Assembly (NCBI GenBank): GCA_946965045.2
Contig: OX337231.1
Coordinates: 372,001 to 436,000, forward strand
Origin: Epithemia pelagica
Taxonomy: Eukaryota; Protista; Bacillariophyta
Length of the DNA stretch: 64,000 bases
Direction: 5' to 3'
Within the stretch, counting starts at the first letter, position 1. Every line of letters begins with the position of its first letter. Position numbers and translations under genes: made by a program. Under the pieces are notes generated by a model. That model searched no databases. It was given only the letters and a program-made list of their open reading frames with translations, and was not told the origin of the DNA. Positions 60,066 to 64,000 of this stretch are shown here, piece by piece.

Positions 60066-60641
60066 GATTCTCATTTTTCTGGCACAATGGAGATACCAAC
60101 ACGCACCATCCGAATCGTAACCATCACGTGTGTATGTATACCTCTCTCTCGCGAGTAGTAGTAGTAGTAGCAACATGGAACTCCCGAGTTTTCACAGTGC
60201 GGTAAACGACGCACGTGAGAACGAGACTGTCTGCACTACCTAGACTCGTAGCGTCCGAATTCCGGAAAGTCGACCCATCGTCAGGTCACTGTTTCCTCCA
60301 GAACCTACCTAGGTAGATAGAACAGGTGGGTCCACCCGTCCATTTCGTGGAACTTGTTGTTTCCAATGCAACCGCCATGCTCCGGGCGTGCTGGATCCTC
60401 CTCGCCAAGTATATATATACCGGGAACCCCGTTTGCAGGAATCCATATGGCTCATTTTGGCTGCTTCGAGTGCAGTGCATATTCAGCTGCTGTCGTTTTC
60501 ACAACCTGAATATTTTGGTTGTAGAAATGAGAACACTCTCTCTCGTGCCATGCGATCCCACATTCTTGTTGTTGCTGTTGTGATGGTGTCATTCCACCAC
60601 AAATCATTCCTTTCCCAACCACCGACTCCCAAGGATTACTA

Positions 60642-62111
60642 TTACAAGGCCAGCAATCCCTCCAAGACATCTTGTTCTTCGGGTGTAATTTTGGCCAAAT
60701 CGGACAATTCTCGTGATTTGGTGCGCAGGGTCAAGGGTTCCAACACGGACGACGATGATGAGGATGATAGTGTTCGATGTGGTCCGGACGACAAGAGGCG
60801 TTCCACTGCCCGTTGTATAGATTGATTCGAGGACCATCGAACCACCGTGCTGGTCGTGGTCGTCGCCGATTCGGGCGTTGTCGACACTGTCGTGTCCTGG
60901 TTGTGGTGGCTGTTGCCGTGGGTCTCAGAGGAGGATGGTCCACTCGCCAGTGTCGTACGAGGCGGGTGTAGTGGTGGTGCTGCTGCTGCGGCTGTTGCGG
61001 CAGCAGCCGTGGGTTGTGGTTCTGCCACTGGTAGGGTGGTGGGAGTGTCCACCAATGGTGGTTGTTGTGTTTGTGGTGATTGTGATTGTACGGCGGCGAC
61101 GCCAGACCCAATGGTACAATCCTCCGAACCGTGTGCTGCTGCTGGTGGTGTGGTGGTGGCCGACGACGACGATATTAGGGGCAGTGAGGAAGGTGGTGGT
61201 GGTCGAAACACACTGGTGGTCATGGTGGCGGAAGCACCATTCGCTTTGGTGGTCGTTGTCGTGGTGTAGGGCAGTGGGGAATGGACCAAACTTTCCGTGA
61301 CGGCCGCCACGGGTTCTTGTCGTTTGTAATCCTTGAGCGCCTTCATCACCTTGAGTTGACTCTTGGCCGGGGACAATTCCACCAAGGATTCGGCGGGAGG
61401 TGGCGTCAAGGACGAGGACTCGTCGGGGTGGTCCTTGGATTTGGGTTTCTTCTTCTTTTTTTTCTTTTTGGTTGGTTTGGGTCCTCCCTCGCTTGCTGTC
61501 GTTGTGGTGGTTGTGGTCGTCGTCAAGAATCGTCCACCCCGCAAATGGATGATCTTGCACACTTCTTGGGCCAACAATCGTTTCAAGGTGGGTGTGACAC
61601 AGGCCGAATAGGCGGGATAAAATTGTCGAATCAACAAGCGGTAATGTTCATTCACCTTCTTGGCATATTCGCCCTTTTCACACATGACATCGACTCCCAT
61701 GCGGAACCCAGTAGTGGTTTTCGTTGTGGTGGTGGCAGACGTAGTACTTTTAGTGGAAGGACGACTGGCACTCGGATCCACGTGTGTTGGTGATGGTGGT
61801 TGCGAACCAGACTGGGTGGTGGGGGGTGGCGATTCGACTGGTTTGTGTCGTTTGGCCAATGGCACCACCAAGTCACTGGTGGTCGTCGTTGTGGTCCTGG
61901 GTCGTTTTTCGTTGGAGGTGGGGGAGAAAGGACTCGGACCCGTGCTGGGCCCAGGGGGTGGTGGTTCCACTGCCCGAGTCGTCAATGATTCCTCGGGTTC
62001 TTCCGGCACGGCAGTTGCTGTCAAGGCCGTGTGGGACGCACTGTCACTGCGGGTTGTCGCGACTGGACCGTTGGTTGTCACAAACGACAAAGAAGAAGAA
62101 GATTGATCCAT
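60642..62111 (-). CDS. DUF6824-like domain protein (diatom regulator family)
   Basis: GVDVMCEKG...NEHYRLLI...Y....KRLLAQEVCKII..RGGRFL...VELS..KSQLKVMKALKD follows the DUF6824 consensus order; ATG 62111. Confidence 0.8.
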   Translation of the reverse strand: MDQSSSSLSFVTTNGPVATTRSDSASHTALTATAVPEEPEESLTTRAVEPPPPGPSTGPSPFSPTSNEKRPRTTTTTTSDLVVPLAKRHKPVESPPPTTQSGSQPPSPTHVDPSASRPSTKSTTSATTTTKTTTGFRMGVDVMCEKGEYAKKVNEHYRLLIRQFYPAYSACVTPTLKRLLAQEVCKIIHLRGGRFLTTTTTTTTTASEGGPKPTKKKKKKKKPKSKDHPDESSSLTPPPAESLVELSPAKSQLKVMKALKDYKRQEPVAAVTESLVHSPLPYTTTTTTKANGASATMTTSVFRPPPPSSLPLISSSSATTTPPAAAHGSEDCTIGSGVAAVQSQSPQTQQPPLVDTPTTLPVAEPQPTAAAATAAAAAPPLHPPRTTLASGPSSSETHGNSHHNQDTTVSTTPESATTTTSTVVRWSSNQSIQRAVERLLSSGPHRTLSSSSSSSVLEPLTLRTKSRELSDLAKITPEEQDVLEGLLAL

Positions 62112-62954
62112 GATTCTCGTTGTAGATCCAATCGACGGCACAACACACCCGTGGTACACACAGAGAGAGAGAACGATGGATCCACCACCAATCACAAACA
62201 AACGAAAGACTGTGGTGGAAGGACGATACTATAGGTATGGTCCGTTCGACAATGTAAGAATGCAATGTGTGTCTCGCTCGGAGGATTCAAAATGTGACAG
62301 GAGGAGGAGACGATAAGGAGATGCTGCTGCAGTAGTCTCGATCACAAGGAGGAGGGTGAATGACGACAAGACAACCAAAGAGAAGGACAAGAGAGAGAGA
62401 GAGATCGATCGTTCGTGTGGGTGTGGTTTCCCGAAAAAGATTCGCCCCCATGCGCCCGTCAGTCTGTCGCTCAGGATTCACGTACCGGCTGCGTAGCTGT
62501 GGTACTTGCTGCGAATCGGACGGAGCGAGTGTGACACTTTCTCGTCTCTCTCCGGGTCCCGCTTACAAGGATGGGGATGGGGCACATGCACATAGCTTGG
62601 GACTTCGTGTAGGTAGTTCTGTCAAGCTAGGATTAGAGAGGTATAGTTCCCTACAATAGGAGTACATTCCCATTTCCTCTACAACCTGCAATCTGTAATG
62701 CAACCAACCAACTTATACATATCCATGTTATTTGATCCATGCACTATGGGTCAATGGCTTCTCAAGACACTAACGAAGTTTACGGATATAGACTCTCTCT
62801 ATTGTACACCCACACAGACATTTACACGACGCGGCCGACCAAAGGCCGTCGAAGGTATAGCGGTGGCCCTCATCAGTGTCGTCATTCTCCGACACCACCA
62901 ACCATCCACAATGGTCGGTTCCTTCGTAGCGATAGCGGTACCCCTCCGACTATA

Positions 62955-64000
62955 CTACACGGGCGCTTGGTTGACATGGCGTGCCGGACATTTGGGAGTG
63001 ATCAAGGCGGCCAAATAATCGACAATGGCTGGGAGTGGGGGCAGGGAATCGGTCGTCACGACCGGCGCGGTCTGCGCCGTCACCTCGCGCAGTTCGTAAA
63101 ACTGGTTGAAAAAGAGACCATTGGTTTCCAAACATTCCAGGAGCCAAACAATCTTGTTGAAAAAATTCCAGGCCTCGGCACCCGTACTCACATCGTGTCG
63201 GCCAAAGAGGGCACCGGCTCGGTAGGCAAAGTCGGGCAGTTCGTTCACCAACCACTGCAAGGAGGGATTGGTCCCACTGTTGGTCGACCGAAACTCGCGG
63301 ATGGAATCTTCCACCGCCTCGCCATTGAGCAGCATGAGGGACGTGTGACCAAAGGCAATGTTACTGCCCAACCCGGTAAAGTCCAATTCCATGTCGGGTT
63401 CGAATCCAAACGTTTGCAAAAAGATATTGTCGGCATTGTTGTTGACGGCAATGGAAAACAATTCGCATTGTTCCAACGTATGGCTCTTGAGGGGAACAAT
63501 CATGGCGGGCACATCCAAATGACCAATCACCAGCGTCACGTATTTTAACTGGACGGGGTAGGGACCACAGTGTCGTAAAAAGATAGCTTGGGCCCGTCCC
63601 CAACCGTCATAGGGGACAATGTCCACCACACCGGCAATGTTAATGTCTTGAATACGACCATAGTCTTGTACGTAGGGTTTCGGAGGTTCGATATTGGCAC
63701 AGCTCAAGGGATTGCAACACTTGACCATGGCATAATGAAAGCCGGCATGAATGCTATTGTCAAACAACATGGCCTTGTACGGACCCGACGTTCCCAAATT
63801 GGCAATCCGACCCACCTTGGCATGGTCCGACAATTGGGCCAGCGTTTCGGGATCGTACGTGTATTGCAACTTGCCATCGCTGCCATCGGGGGCATAATGA
63901 TACCACAAGTAGGGGTTCATGTCATGAATCGCATGGCCCTGCGCCGTCGTCCAATGACTCAAACAGGCGTCATGATTGGTGGGATCCAAAAAGCATTGCC
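62955..64000 (-). CDS. Hypothetical globular protein, 5' end outside window
   Basis: Frame open to position 64000 (QCFLDPTNHD...), >=348 aa, complex composition; no family recognised. Confidence 0.7.
   Translation of the reverse strand, partial: QCFLDPTNHDACLSHWTTAQGHAIHDMNPYLWYHYAPDGSDGKLQYTYDPETLAQLSDHAKVGRIANLGTSGPYKAMLFDNSIHAGFHYAMVKCCNPLSCANIEPPKPYVQDYGRIQDINIAGVVDIVPYDGWGRAQAIFLRHCGPYPVQLKYVTLVIGHLDVPAMIVPLKSHTLEQCELFSIAVNNNADNIFLQTFGFEPDMELDFTGLGSNIAFGHTSLMLLNGEAVEDSIREFRSTNSGTNPSLQWLVNELPDFAYRAGALFGRHDVSTGAEAWNFFNKIVWLLECLETNGLFFNQFYELREVTAQTAPVVTTDSLPPLPAIVDYLAALITPKCPARHVNQAPV

Overview
Eukaryotic genomic DNA, most likely from a pennate diatom (inferred from short GT-AG introns, CAA/GAC-rich low-complexity exons, DUF6824-like and other diatom-type domains). 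1-33 kb is host gene space. It holds a >1600-aa disordered ORF running off the left edge (absent from the ORF track), a RING-H2 membrane protein and a candidate selenoprotein with an in-frame UGA. It also holds a coiled-coil gene whose tail was captured by a chimeric gene family (2 intact copies + 1 decayed, one ending in a fold-back palindrome), a GT64-like protein, an RBM5/10-like splicing factor, CDC50 and an ABCB half-transporter. 33-62 kb is a tandem segmental duplication (ABC 5' end/promoter - kelch - STI1 gene - DUF6824 gene) whose first copy is loaded with nested mobile elements. (i) An intact 8.3-kb tyrosine-recombinase retrotransposon whose Pol begins with a degenerate C5-cytosine-methyltransferase fold and which shows no terminal repeats by eye. 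(ii) An intact DD35D pogo element carrying a HIRAN-like passenger gene. (iii) A small host element with ATGTCG arrays that contains both. (iv) A 7.3-kb insertion with a 117-bp four-motif hairpin, a Crypton-type recombinase exon, a RAG1/Transib-like transposase and a convergent 556-aa partner ORF. All family assignments come from motif recognition by eye; no searches were run.
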